A DNA stretch of 64,000 nt from assembly GCA_013140575.1 (NCBI GenBank), contig JABFSN010000047.1, forward strand, positions 5,036 to 69,035, in the 5' to 3' direction. Position numbers and translations under genes: made by a program. Positions 26,771 through 36,339 of this stretch are shown here, piece by piece (the first letter of the stretch is position 1; each line of letters opens with the position of its first letter). The stretch is from Phycisphaerales bacterium (lineage in GTDB: Bacteria > Planctomycetota > Phycisphaerae > UBA1845). The notes beneath the pieces are model-generated. The model did no database searches, had not been told where the DNA came from, and was given only the letters and a program-made list of their open reading frames with translations.

Positions 26771-27196
26771 TCAGGAGGTCCAATCCTCGACCCGTAGTCC
26801 TTCGATGCTCCGAAAATGAGCGTCGTTACTGACCACGATGCAATCGTGAACGGCGGCGATGGCCGCGATCCAGATGTCGTTCGTCTCGATTGGACGACCC
26901 GCGCGGTGCAATCGAGCGAAGGTCGCGGCGAATTGCTCGGCGACGCGCGAGTCAACGGGTAATATCTGAGCGCTCTCACCCACGACGTGCTCGTACAGCC
27001 GCCGTAGCTCGTCCTTCCGGCGGCCCGCGACGGTCAATTCGACGCCCGCCAGCAACTCGGCCTGGGCAATGACGGGCATGTAAAGGACGGCGTCATTCGA
27101 AAGGGTCTGCAAGTGCGACAGGACGGCGGGATGACGCCGTTGAATGTAGCTCCAGTGGTTCGTATCGAGCAGATAGTTCACCGGCCGTGATTCCAA
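26771..27196 (-). CDS. vapC: PIN-domain ribonuclease toxin VapC
   Basis: YLLDTNHW..., AQAELLAG, TNDIWIAAIA and SNDAHF carry the PIN acidic residues. An alternative GTG start at 27181 gives a GTGA overlap with the antitoxin stop. Confidence 0.85.
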   Translation of the reverse strand: MESRPVNYLLDTNHWSYIQRRHPAVLSHLQTLSNDAVLYMPVIAQAELLAGVELTVAGRRKDELRRLYEHVVGESAQILPVDSRVAEQFAATFARLHRAGRPIETNDIWIAAIAAVHDCIVVSNDAHFRSIEGLRVEDWTS

Positions 27197-27414
27197 AGCG
27201 ATTCGTCAACGCGGCGGCAAGACTGCGCAACGCTCAAAATTGATTCGGCCTCGTCGGTCGTCAAGGTGCCTGCCATATTAAGAACGGCCGCAGGCGAACC
27301 CTGTCGCGGGCAATGGTCCGCTGCGATGTCCACCGTCACCCGCGTGCCCTCGGGTAACAAAACCGGCTCGTCCAGATCAATGGTCCTACCCCGCGCAACA
27401 CCCTTGTAGGTCAT
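27178..27414 (-). CDS. small antitoxin-like protein (DUF104/AF2212-like beta-barrel N-terminus)
   Basis: MTYKGVARGRTIDLDEPVLLPEGTRVTV resembles DUF104-type antitoxins. Located directly upstream of and overlapping vapC. The longer track ORF (to 27555) is rejected. Confidence 0.6.
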   Translation of the reverse strand: MTYKGVARGRTIDLDEPVLLPEGTRVTVDIAADHCPRQGSPAAVLNMAGTLTTDEAESILSVAQSCRRVDESLWNHGR

Positions 27415-27556
27415 AATCCCGGTCTCCGCATGTTCGTTGCACCAACTGTGTTTCCGGGCATTCATCCCGATGGCAACCGCCGCCAGTATACCGCGAACGA
27501 CGGTCGGCCGGAACCACCATGCTCCGCCCCAGAAGTCCGGATTGCGAATCGGCATT

Positions 27557-30271
27557 TCATCTGCCGCCGCGCGCGCCGGGTTTTCCGAATGCCAGACACG
27601 CCGGCAGCAGCAGCAACGTCGCCGCCAGACAATTGACGATGCTCAACACGACCAGCGCGCCCAACCGCGCATTCGCCGGCACCTGCGACAGGACCATCAC
27701 CGAAAAACCCAGCGCCACGCCCAGCGCGTCGACCACGATGGCGGGCCCCGCGGCGGTGAGCGCGTCGCGAATGGCCGAACGGCGATCGTGTCCGCGGGCC
27801 ATCAGCCACCGGCAGCGTTCGCACAGGTGGATGGCGTAATCAACGCCAATGCCGAGCGTCATCCCCGCAAACATGGAAGTGGCCACCCCCAGCGGAATGC
27901 CCGTCCACCCCATGAACGCGAAGTTGAGCAGCACGGCCACGCCGCAGGGAATGATGGCAAACAGACCCAACGCGAGCGATCGGCCCAGAATGGCGGTCAC
28001 CACGAGAATGCCGACCAGCGACCAAGACAGCGATTGCACCTGGGTTTTCACGATGGCGCCGATCAAGGTTTGACTGACGGCGACGTCGCCGGCGAAATCA
28101 ACGTGCAGGCCGTGCGGCGCCAGATGCTCGCGCTCGTAGGCACGGATGTCGTCCATGACCCGTGCGGTGTCGACGAAATTCGCGTTTTTAAGAAACACGG
28201 TCACGATGGCCCGCGAGAAATCGGAGCTGACCACCTGGTGAAGCCGTTGGGTGCCGCGAATGCGTTCGTACTGCCCCCACAACCATTCGATGCGTTTGGG
28301 CGAATCGGGAATGGAGCGATTGGACTCCTGCGTGGGGTCGACCATGAAATTGGAAGTCTTCAGGAATTCGGCCGGCCCGTGGGCGCCGCCGATCGACGGG
28401 TGCGGCCGCTGATCGAGGTGTTGTTCGAATCCCTCGACGATCCGCAACGTCGCGGGATCCATGAACGGCTCCCAGCGGATCTCGCAGGACATCGTTTCAT
28501 CGGGCGACGGCCGCAAACCGAGCACGGGCGAGCCGGCCTGTCGCGGCCAATAAACCGCAATCCGGTCGCCGACCGGTTCGATCCGTTCGATCCACGTGTC
28601 CCATTGATCGGACGGGGAATTCGTCGGCCGGCCCGGTTCCTGTTTCCGATTGGCCACCCGCACCGTCAGCCTGCTGTTTACCAGCGATTCCGGGTCGGCC
28701 GCCATTCCCGGGGCCAGCAGCAGCCGATGGTGTTCGACGGAAGCCGCGGGCAGCGTCATCACGTGATGCCGGCCCGTGCCCTGCACCGTGGCCAGGAGAA
28801 TGTGCGAACCCAGGAACTGCTCGTCAAATGTCTGCGTGGCCCGATAGAACGCGCTTTGCCGGTCAAACCCGCCCACCCAACTGTCCTGCACGATGACCTT
28901 GCGGGCCTGAACGATCGAAATCGCGACAATCGCAACGAAACCCGCCACCACGACATGCCGCCCGCGGATAAGCAGATCGGCGAGCCTGACGAACATCCGC
29001 CCGCCGGCCGATTTCGAATTCGAGCGTCGCGCGGACACGATTCGACGCGGGTGAATGACGGCCAGTGCGGCCGGGATCACGATCAGCGAAAACGCCATGC
29101 AATACAGGCTGCCGACGCCGGTGAAGATTCCGAAGGCGCGGACCGGCGCCAGGGGCGACATGGCGAATGACAGGAACCCAATGGTTGTGGTCACGGATGT
29201 TTTCAGCACCGGTCCGGACATTTCCTTCATCGTGTCGCGGAGCGTCGATAGATGGTCGTCGAGGCCGCGCTCGCGGAGCAGGTGAACGTAATGGTGAAAA
29301 ACGTGGATCTCGTCGGCGACGCCGCTGGCCGTCAGGATGATGGGCACGACGGCGATGGTCAGATAGATGGGCACGTCGAACCAACCCATCAGCCCGAACA
29401 CGAACACCAGCGTGCCGCCCACCTCGATGAACGGGAGCGCCGTCGCGGCTGCGCTGCGAAACGCGATCAGGAAGACAAGGGCCATGATCCCCATCGCGAT
29501 CGGCACCAGCCCGATGCGCCGCCCCAGCATCATTCGCAGTTCGTACAAGCTTCGCGGCCAACCGGGGGGATCGCCATGCGCGGTTCGGCGGACGGCGGCG
29601 CCCAGCAGGGATTCCGGAACGCCGAGGTCCTGCAGAATGTGCGTGCCCAAAAGCGATTCGGCCGCCGGCGCCCCGATGATGTCGATGCGGTCGCCGGTGT
29701 CGTTTCGTTCATCGACGATGCCCCGCATCCGCGCGTACATGCCCACGCGATCGACCCCCGGCGGAGCGCCGACGAGAATCGTCGTGGCGTGCAAATCGGC
29801 CGATACCAGCGTGCCGTTGTACAGGCGGATGCGCCGTAAATCCTCGCGGATCCGCAGGCATTCGATCCGCGAAGCCGGCAGTTCCTCCAGAAACGACTTG
29901 AAGTCGAGCGTGCCGGTGCGGACCCGGTAGGTCGGCTCGGTCGACAGACTAAACAAGTTGGACGCCTCCACGCCGGGCAACTGCCCGAATTCGCGGGTCA
30001 ACCCATCCACCAGCGCCAGCGTCGCCGGATTGAACACCCCGTCGGCGTGGTCCGTCAGGATCATCACCACGAACGGATCCTCGATGCCGTGCTGGTCGCG
30101 AATCGTCGCGTCGTAACGGACGGCCGGCGCGTCCGCCGGAACCAGCGCGTGTCCGTCGGTCCGCAATCGCAACCGCGCAACGCCCGGCGCCGCGATCAGC
30201 GTGACCAGCCCCGCGATCACCATGACCGGCCACGGGCGGCGAATGGCGTATAGATAGGCGGCCTCAATCAT
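27557..30271 (-). CDS. RND superfamily exporter, MMPL/HpnN-like (COG1033 type)
   Basis: 904 aa with a two-fold repeat of TM bundles plus large loops. Signature GIGVDYAIHL in the C-terminal half and SGVADEIHVFHH in the N-terminal half. Confidence 0.85.
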   Translation of the reverse strand: MIEAAYLYAIRRPWPVMVIAGLVTLIAAPGVARLRLRTDGHALVPADAPAVRYDATIRDQHGIEDPFVVMILTDHADGVFNPATLALVDGLTREFGQLPGVEASNLFSLSTEPTYRVRTGTLDFKSFLEELPASRIECLRIREDLRRIRLYNGTLVSADLHATTILVGAPPGVDRVGMYARMRGIVDERNDTGDRIDIIGAPAAESLLGTHILQDLGVPESLLGAAVRRTAHGDPPGWPRSLYELRMMLGRRIGLVPIAMGIMALVFLIAFRSAAATALPFIEVGGTLVFVFGLMGWFDVPIYLTIAVVPIILTASGVADEIHVFHHYVHLLRERGLDDHLSTLRDTMKEMSGPVLKTSVTTTIGFLSFAMSPLAPVRAFGIFTGVGSLYCMAFSLIVIPAALAVIHPRRIVSARRSNSKSAGGRMFVRLADLLIRGRHVVVAGFVAIVAISIVQARKVIVQDSWVGGFDRQSAFYRATQTFDEQFLGSHILLATVQGTGRHHVMTLPAASVEHHRLLLAPGMAADPESLVNSRLTVRVANRKQEPGRPTNSPSDQWDTWIERIEPVGDRIAVYWPRQAGSPVLGLRPSPDETMSCEIRWEPFMDPATLRIVEGFEQHLDQRPHPSIGGAHGPAEFLKTSNFMVDPTQESNRSIPDSPKRIEWLWGQYERIRGTQRLHQVVSSDFSRAIVTVFLKNANFVDTARVMDDIRAYEREHLAPHGLHVDFAGDVAVSQTLIGAIVKTQVQSLSWSLVGILVVTAILGRSLALGLFAIIPCGVAVLLNFAFMGWTGIPLGVATSMFAGMTLGIGVDYAIHLCERCRWLMARGHDRRSAIRDALTAAGPAIVVDALGVALGFSVMVLSQVPANARLGALVVLSIVNCLAATLLLLPACLAFGKPGARGGR

Positions 30272-30708
30272 GGTTCTACTTTCCGCATCGACCCATTTTG
30301 GACATGGGAAGACCCGTCGTTTCCCGCGTCCCCCTTCGGCTCGCGTCCCCGCTTCCTCCCAGGCGGGGGATTAGGGGTGCGGATTCACCGCGGTCGGCGC
30401 TCCGGGGGCAGCGGGGTTTTTCGAACTTCAGCTGGTGCATCGCCGTAGAACTCGCATGATGCCCCGAACCGGATTCCGAGTCGCTCCGAACGCCGGGTGA
30501 AACAATGCCGCGCCGTTTTCCACCGGGATGGATTCTATTCATTCCTGTTGTTTCGTCGATCGCAGTCGTGATGCCGTACGTCGTTCCGCGTTCTGGCGGG
30601 AGATGATTGAAGCACCGGCAGCGCCATCAGAAGCCGGTCCGACCGATCAACGTGATGAACGCGACCACCAAAATGATTAACGGTAGCGTACGATGCCCGG
30701 TTGGCGCG

Positions 30709-31431
30709 TTACAGCGGGCCGTGGGCGAACGGGCAACGACGGGCAGGCGCGACGGCCTCGGTGCGCTCATTCGACGAAGCCGGCGTCGGTTCGTGATGAA
30801 GCTCGTCGCAGATGCGCGACAGCGCGGCGAACATCTCCCGCGCAGCGGCGACGACGCCTTCCTTCAGTGCGTCGGTCAGGTCGATCGCGTCGACGCGTTG
30901 CTTGAACGACCGCCATTCGATCCGTTGTTGATCGCCGTACGGGTCGAAATAGGTCGCGCCAGCCTCGTCCAGATTGTAGGCTTTCCGTGCGGCCTTGGCG
31001 ATCCACTTCCCGCCGTTGGTGCTGCCTTCCAGCACGTACAACACGCCCAGTAGTGCGACGGAGTTCCCGTCGCCCAACCGATCGATTTCGGCGATCAGCG
31101 ATCGCGTGGCGTCGGCCGCGTGAATCCGCCGTCCGTCGACACCGAATGAATCCAGATCGGACAACAACAACTGCTCCCGATACAGGCGATTGTGAATCAC
31201 CTGGCAAAACGGCCATCGGGCGGATGTATTCCGCAGGTGTTTCTCGAGCGCGGTGTGGATCAACAGCATCTGACCAAGAAAGCGCACGTAGCGGTCCCGG
31301 GCGAGCACACCCTTGACCAACGATTGCTGGAATTCATGGCCCTCGACGGCCTGATGAAGTTCCCACGTCGACGATTTCAACAACTCCATCGTGCCCGTTT
31401 GTGCCGTGTCCATTCGTTTCTCCGAATCCAA
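30709..31431 (-). CDS. heme oxygenase-like protein
   Basis: LLKSSTWELHQAVEGHEFQQSLVKGVLARDRYVRFLGQMLLIHTALEKHL follows the heme oxygenase N-terminal helix pattern (T..H...E..F...L.KG......Y...L). Confidence 0.6.
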   Translation of the reverse strand: MDSEKRMDTAQTGTMELLKSSTWELHQAVEGHEFQQSLVKGVLARDRYVRFLGQMLLIHTALEKHLRNTSARWPFCQVIHNRLYREQLLLSDLDSFGVDGRRIHAADATRSLIAEIDRLGDGNSVALLGVLYVLEGSTNGGKWIAKAARKAYNLDEAGATYFDPYGDQQRIEWRSFKQRVDAIDLTDALKEGVVAAAREMFAALSRICDELHHEPTPASSNERTEAVAPARRCPFAHGPL

Positions 31432-31550
31432 TTCCTACTGTTTCGGTCGGTTATCCGGTCGCAATGCTGCCGTGGTTCATTCCGCCCGGCCTCGATTCAT
31501 CGACATTGAAACTGACGCCCGCAGTTCGAAAACGACGCGCCGCGTCACTC

Positions 31551-31567
31551 TTGAGACACAGTCTCAA
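31551..31567. promoter_or_regulatory. perfect palindrome TTGAGAC-ACA-GTCTCAA upstream of the heme oxygenase gene (candidate operator)
   Basis: 7-3-7 inverted repeat in the relatively AT-rich 250-bp region upstream of 31431. On the minus strand it abuts a TATATT hexamer. Confidence 0.3.
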
Positions 31568-31681
31568 TATACGGAAGTGTAGTTCAACTCCCAGCCGAGT
31601 CAAGCAACGTGTCGATTCGACGATAAAATAAGCATTGACAGCACGTTACAGCGTTGGCGAGTCAAGTCCAAAGCCGGCATT

Positions 31682-32548
31682 TCAGACTAGACCATCGCCG
31701 CTCGATCGGGGCAGGAGGCCGACGCTTCCGCGGTAGCACCGGAATGCATCCAGCGCGTCGAGGTCGATGTCCGCGGCGATGATGCCCCGATCACCATCGG
31801 GAATCGTACGGTGAATCGCGTCGATTTCGGGTCGGTGCGACGGGTCGGCGATCGACGTGGCCCCGCAGGTGAAGTACCGGGCGTTGCATGCGTCGGTCGG
31901 CGGCCGGGCGCTCGCCGAATGGACGCCCGTCGCCCAATCGGACGCGGCCACGACGTACGCGTTTTCCATCGCCCGAGTCAGGACCAGCGCGTGCCACGTG
32001 CGACGCCCGTAGGCCACGTGACGCTGCGTCGGGACCGCGCTCTTCACCGGGATGGCCACGATGTCGGCAACATCACGCAATTCGCGGGCCGTCTCCGGAT
32101 GCCACGCATCCGCACAAATCAAAACCGCTACGCGAATGCCATCAAGATCGAACACACCCGGCCCGCTTCCCGGCCGGCGCAAGCGGGCCTCGCCGGCAAA
32201 TAGCACCCGCTTGTCGTAATGGCCGACGAGGGCGCCGTCGCGATGGACGACGCAGCAACGGTTGAACGACCCATCCGTCTCGTTAACCAGGCAGCTTCCG
32301 CCGATGACATGGGTGCGGTAGTCGCGGGCCAGACTGCCCAGGAATTCGACATCGCCGCGCCCGTCGGCAGGCGCCGTCCGACCATCGTAGATTTCGGGGA
32401 GGACCACGATATCCACGGCGCCGTCGCCGGTGACGGATTCGATTTGAGCGCGGATCAACGCGCGATTGGCATCAGGCTGCCCGGCCGCTAGCGGCGGTTG
32501 CAGGACGGCCAGTCGGAATCGGCGAGCGGGTGGTTGCGGCGGTGTCAT
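31682..32548 (-). CDS. carbon-nitrogen hydrolase (nitrilase superfamily) protein
   Basis: Glu-Lys-Cys triad contexts VVLPEIYDG, HYDKRVLF and VAVLICADAWHPE. Confidence 0.8.
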   Translation of the reverse strand: MTPPQPPARRFRLAVLQPPLAAGQPDANRALIRAQIESVTGDGAVDIVVLPEIYDGRTAPADGRGDVEFLGSLARDYRTHVIGGSCLVNETDGSFNRCCVVHRDGALVGHYDKRVLFAGEARLRRPGSGPGVFDLDGIRVAVLICADAWHPETARELRDVADIVAIPVKSAVPTQRHVAYGRRTWHALVLTRAMENAYVVAASDWATGVHSASARPPTDACNARYFTCGATSIADPSHRPEIDAIHRTIPDGDRGIIAADIDLDALDAFRCYRGSVGLLPRSSGDGLV

Positions 32549-32652
32549 GGCGTGATTTGGTCCCCGTGATCGTTGCCGCTAGAATTCCGGCGTCGCGACC
32601 GGCCGGCGATCGGCCGTTCCGCGCGTCATACGACCCACGAGGATATTAAACG

Positions 32653-32835
32653 ATGCTGGTTCGATTTGAATGCCCGGCCTGCGGCGGAACGCACATCTTC
32701 GACATGCCGGAAACGACGATCCACATGACCTGTTCGACCAGCGGCAAGGCGCTGGAACTGCGACTGACGCCGGGCGGCGACGTGCGATCGGCCGTCGTCG
32801 GCGAAACGCCGGTCGCCGCTGCTTCGGAATCCTGA
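32653..32835 (+). CDS. small hypothetical protein with one CxxC knuckle
   Basis: 60 aa with GAGGA 8 nt upstream of the ATG and G/C-rich third positions. MLVRFECPACGGTHIF. Confidence 0.5.
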   Translation: MLVRFECPACGGTHIFDMPETTIHMTCSTSGKALELRLTPGGDVRSAVVGETPVAAASES

Positions 32836-32968
32836 ACACGCAGCACGTTCCATCCCGGCCGCCCGTCACGACCGCCAACGGCGATTACGAATCCCCCGGA
32901 ATTGAAAACGCCCGCATCCGGTGCCGCGACCGGATACGGGCGTTTTATCGTTCGGAACGAACCCGGAC

Positions 32969-33553
32969 CTACGGATCGGTGATCTCGATTTCCGCGTCCG
33001 GTGCGCCGGTTTCCTCGTTCAAAAACGCCCGGACCATGATCATTCGGCCGCAGGCGAATCCCAGCGCATCGTCCTGCGTGGTTTCAAACTGCTGGGTGAA
33101 GACGACTTGCGGGCCGACGATCGGTATCGTGGCCACCACGTTCACATCTGCACGGACCGCGGTGGGGCAAGCGGCCTCGACGCGGAATTCGAACGGGTTT
33201 AGTTGGCGCGAGCCCTCGTCAACGCATTCGCCGCCGTCGTAGACACGTGTGATGGTGAAATCCAAGCGCACACCGACGGTGTCCAGCAACGCCGGCGGGA
33301 CGCCGATGGCGAACATCTCCACGGCAAACGCCTCGGCCTCATCCCGGGTGATTTCATTCACCACCGCAATGGCGACGGTCTCCGAATCGTCGGCGTCGGT
33401 GCAGTTTTCCAACTCGCCGAAACTATCGCCGTCCGCGTCGGGAAGGTCTTCAAGGCTATCCAGCGTCCCCGGGGGCGGTCCGGTCGGGCAACCCGCTATC
33501 AAGGACGCCAAAACAGGTGTGAACGACATCAGCCACCATGATCGCGTTTTCAT
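32969..33553 (-). CDS. lipoprotein, unknown function
   Basis: MKTRSWWLMSFTPVLASLIAGC lipobox. Acidic mature protein. Confidence 0.65.
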   Translation of the reverse strand: MKTRSWWLMSFTPVLASLIAGCPTGPPPGTLDSLEDLPDADGDSFGELENCTDADDSETVAIAVVNEITRDEAEAFAVEMFAIGVPPALLDTVGVRLDFTITRVYDGGECVDEGSRQLNPFEFRVEAACPTAVRADVNVVATIPIVGPQVVFTQQFETTQDDALGFACGRMIMVRAFLNEETGAPDAEIEITDP

Positions 33554-33751
33554 TCCATGCTCTCCGAAAATCGAGGTTTGTAAGTTACGATTGCTTCAAG
33601 GGTTCGGGGCCGGGCCGCGCCGTATCCGCCCCGCCAGGATCGGTCTTTCAACCGAAACCGCCTCCCGTTCAATCGCGTCCCATAACCCTAGGCCCCCCCA
33701 CGTGACCGGTCAAGTCGCCCGTTCGACGCCCCGCGAAGGCCGATCACGCTA

Positions 33752-35470
33752 CTATCGGGTATCGCGTGTCAGTCGATTGACTGCTTCTTGGGCGGCCGAA
33801 TCGGCGGGGTTTCGTTCCAATGCCCGCCGGTAGTGGTCCAACGCCGGTTGGCGCAGATCGCACTGCTCGAGCGCAAACGCCAGATTGAAATCGGCGATCG
33901 GCCAATCCGGGTCCAGACGCAACGCCGCACGGTAATGCGGGATCGCCTCGCGATACCGTCCCGACAGCGACATCGCGTCGGCCAAAAACTGCCGCAGCCG
34001 CGGCGCGTCGGGGTGGTCCTCGACGGCTCGTTCGAAACAATCCATCGCGTCGTCGAGCCGACCGTTCGCGGCCAAAACCGCGCCGAGATTGCCGAGCATG
34101 CCGGCGTTCAGTTCGCGTTCTGGGTTGATCGGCCAATTGACGATCGCGGCCACGGCGAGCCCGGCGGCCACAGCGTACGCGACGCGACGAAATGACCGAC
34201 CCGCGACCGCGATCCACATTTCCGCCAGCCCCGCGCCGGCGAATAGCATCACCACGGGCGCCAGCGGGTGCCGATAGCGGCCGAACACGTAGAAAACGGA
34301 TATGGCGGCGGCGATGGCAAGCCCGATGGCATACGGCAACGCCAATTCCCGCCGGCGATGCCAGGTCATAACTGCACCGGCCGCGGCGAATGGAACCATC
34401 GTACCGAAATGGAAGATGCAACCGAGCCCGCGGAGTAGCGCCGATTGCTCGCGGTACACGTAGTAACTCTCCGTGTCGGGGTTTTCGTATCGATTCCAGA
34501 CCAGCCACCATTTGCGCCACATCAGTCCCAGCCACGCGGCCGGCTCCGCACGGATGTCGTCCAGCGCCCGATCGAACCAATAACCAGACACCTCGTCAGG
34601 CGCCAAACTGCGGCCCACGGCACCCTCGGCCAGACGGATGGCGTCGATGCGCTCGTATTCGTAGGTTTCGCGGCCTGGTACCAGTGCGTGGTACCGCCCG
34701 TCGGCACCGCGGTGATTGCCCATGTAGAAATTGGGGCCCATCTGGACGGTGGTCAGCGTCCATCCGCCGCCGGCGGCGACGTTGTGGGCGACGACCGGGG
34801 CGAACGGAATTGCGGCGCCACATGCAACGGTTCCCACACGTTTCCATCGTCCGGCGGCGGGGCGAACGAATGTCCAGATCAGCAGTATGGGCAACAGGAT
34901 TAGTGCGTTTTCGCGGATCAACGCCAGCAAGGCCGCGACCACGCCAACGCCGGCGCCGTGCCACCCGGCGCAACGTGCCGACGTCCGTGAAACGAGCAGC
35001 AGCAATGCGGACATCAGCGCGAACGTCAGCGTCGCCTTCTGGACTATGCCGTCGAAATAAATGGCGGGCGAATAGAGCGCGGCCACCATGCCCGCCACAC
35101 AGCCGGCGCGGAATCCAAACCAATGGCGGGCCGCCACGCCGACCATGATGCATGACGCCGAACCCATGACGCACTGAATGACGCGGAGCCAGTCGGGCCG
35201 ATGCCCGATCAGTCTGTAGGCGCACCCCATGAAATAGGGATATAGCGGCGCCTGATAAAACGGTTCCGCGGGCCGCCATTGACCACCGGCGATGCGCTGT
35301 CCCCATGCGTCATAGCCGGCCGCGTCGCCAATCAAGTGATCGAATAAAATGAAATCACGTATTTCATACAGATAGACAAGACGAACGCACAGCGCGACGG
35401 TGAAAATCAGAATCCACCCGCCCCGGTGGTCCCGCTCGACACGTGGATGCTGAATGATCATTTCATCCAT
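33752..35470 (-). CDS. polytopic ArnT/PMT-like (GT39/GT83-type) glycosyltransferase fused to C-terminal TPR repeats
   Basis: About 11 TM segments with an early DAAGYDAWGQ loop and FYQAPLYPYF. C-terminal TPR units (AMSLSGRYREAIPHYRAALRLDPDW...). Confidence 0.6.
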   Translation of the reverse strand: MDEMIIQHPRVERDHRGGWILIFTVALCVRLVYLYEIRDFILFDHLIGDAAGYDAWGQRIAGGQWRPAEPFYQAPLYPYFMGCAYRLIGHRPDWLRVIQCVMGSASCIMVGVAARHWFGFRAGCVAGMVAALYSPAIYFDGIVQKATLTFALMSALLLLVSRTSARCAGWHGAGVGVVAALLALIRENALILLPILLIWTFVRPAAGRWKRVGTVACGAAIPFAPVVAHNVAAGGGWTLTTVQMGPNFYMGNHRGADGRYHALVPGRETYEYERIDAIRLAEGAVGRSLAPDEVSGYWFDRALDDIRAEPAAWLGLMWRKWWLVWNRYENPDTESYYVYREQSALLRGLGCIFHFGTMVPFAAAGAVMTWHRRRELALPYAIGLAIAAAISVFYVFGRYRHPLAPVVMLFAGAGLAEMWIAVAGRSFRRVAYAVAAGLAVAAIVNWPINPERELNAGMLGNLGAVLAANGRLDDAMDCFERAVEDHPDAPRLRQFLADAMSLSGRYREAIPHYRAALRLDPDWPIADFNLAFALEQCDLRQPALDHYRRALERNPADSAAQEAVNRLTRDTR

Positions 35471-35520
35471 GTGTGTACGGCAGCACCACTGCGAAATGCA
35501 GGTGACATATCAACCGGCGT

Positions 35521-36339
35521 CTATACCCTTCGCAATGCGAGAATGAGCGCGTTTCGATCGGCCCTCCGCCCCTGCCGCCGATACGAATGGAATCGCGTGT
35601 CGCAAATCGTGCAGACGTCCAAAACGTCAATCGCGTCGTGCCGCAGACCGGCCGCACGCAGCATCGTGGCACTCGCGGCCGCCAAATCCAGGAATTGGCG
35701 ACCGTCCCGCGATTGCAGGGCGGCATCGCATCCACCGCGATTCGCCCCCGGCAACCCAATGGAAATCGGTCTCGGCAATTGATCGGAAACGTCCGTGCCG
35801 ATTTCGTAACAACAAGCACCGGCGCACGGACCAATCATGGCCACGCAGTCCGACGGCCGGCAATCAAATGTCTTGAACATAGCCGTAATCAACTCGGCAA
35901 TGACCCCGCCGACAATGCCCCGCCATCCCGCGTGGGCCACGCCAATGGCGCGATGCAGGGGATCATAAACCGCGATCGGCGCACAATCGGCGGACAGCAC
36001 CAATAACGGAACATCCACTTCCATGGTCAATAGCCCATCCGCGCCCCGAACAGTTGGATGGTGAATGTCCCGTCCGCATCCCAGCCCGTCCGGACCCACC
36101 ACGGCCACGCCCGTGCCATGCACTTGTTCGGGCACGGTTAACCGCTCGAACGGCAGGTCCAGCATTCGGCAGACGCCGCGTCGCGTTTCTGCTCCTCGCG
36201 CGGCGTCGGCGAGGGACATATCGAGGTCAATGGACGTCACGGCGTGAACCAGCTCTTTCCGACCGGCAAACGCCGCGCTGTGCCACAACATTGGATCGAA
36301 TGCCGACAATTGTCCAAAAATGGCCGAGGGTTGGCTCAT
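35521..36339 (-). CDS. pgeF: peptidoglycan editing factor PgeF (YfiH/DUF152 laccase-domain protein)
   Basis: QVHGTGV, SADCAPIAVYD, GVAHAGWRG and GPCAGACCYEIG motifs. Confidence 0.85.
   Translation of the reverse strand: MSQPSAIFGQLSAFDPMLWHSAAFAGRKELVHAVTSIDLDMSLADAARGAETRRGVCRMLDLPFERLTVPEQVHGTGVAVVGPDGLGCGRDIHHPTVRGADGLLTMEVDVPLLVLSADCAPIAVYDPLHRAIGVAHAGWRGIVGGVIAELITAMFKTFDCRPSDCVAMIGPCAGACCYEIGTDVSDQLPRPISIGLPGANRGGCDAALQSRDGRQFLDLAAASATMLRAAGLRHDAIDVLDVCTICDTRFHSYRRQGRRADRNALILALRRV

Noticed and set aside
27437-29170. 577-aa plus-strand ORF
   Set aside because: It is antisense to the well-supported RND transporter gene and has R/G/H/P-rich composition. GC artefact.
30276-30542. 88-codon ORF in the heme oxygenase-RND spacer
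   Set aside because: Codon bias is poor and the product is basic and low-complexity with no motif. The region is reported as a non-coding spacer instead.
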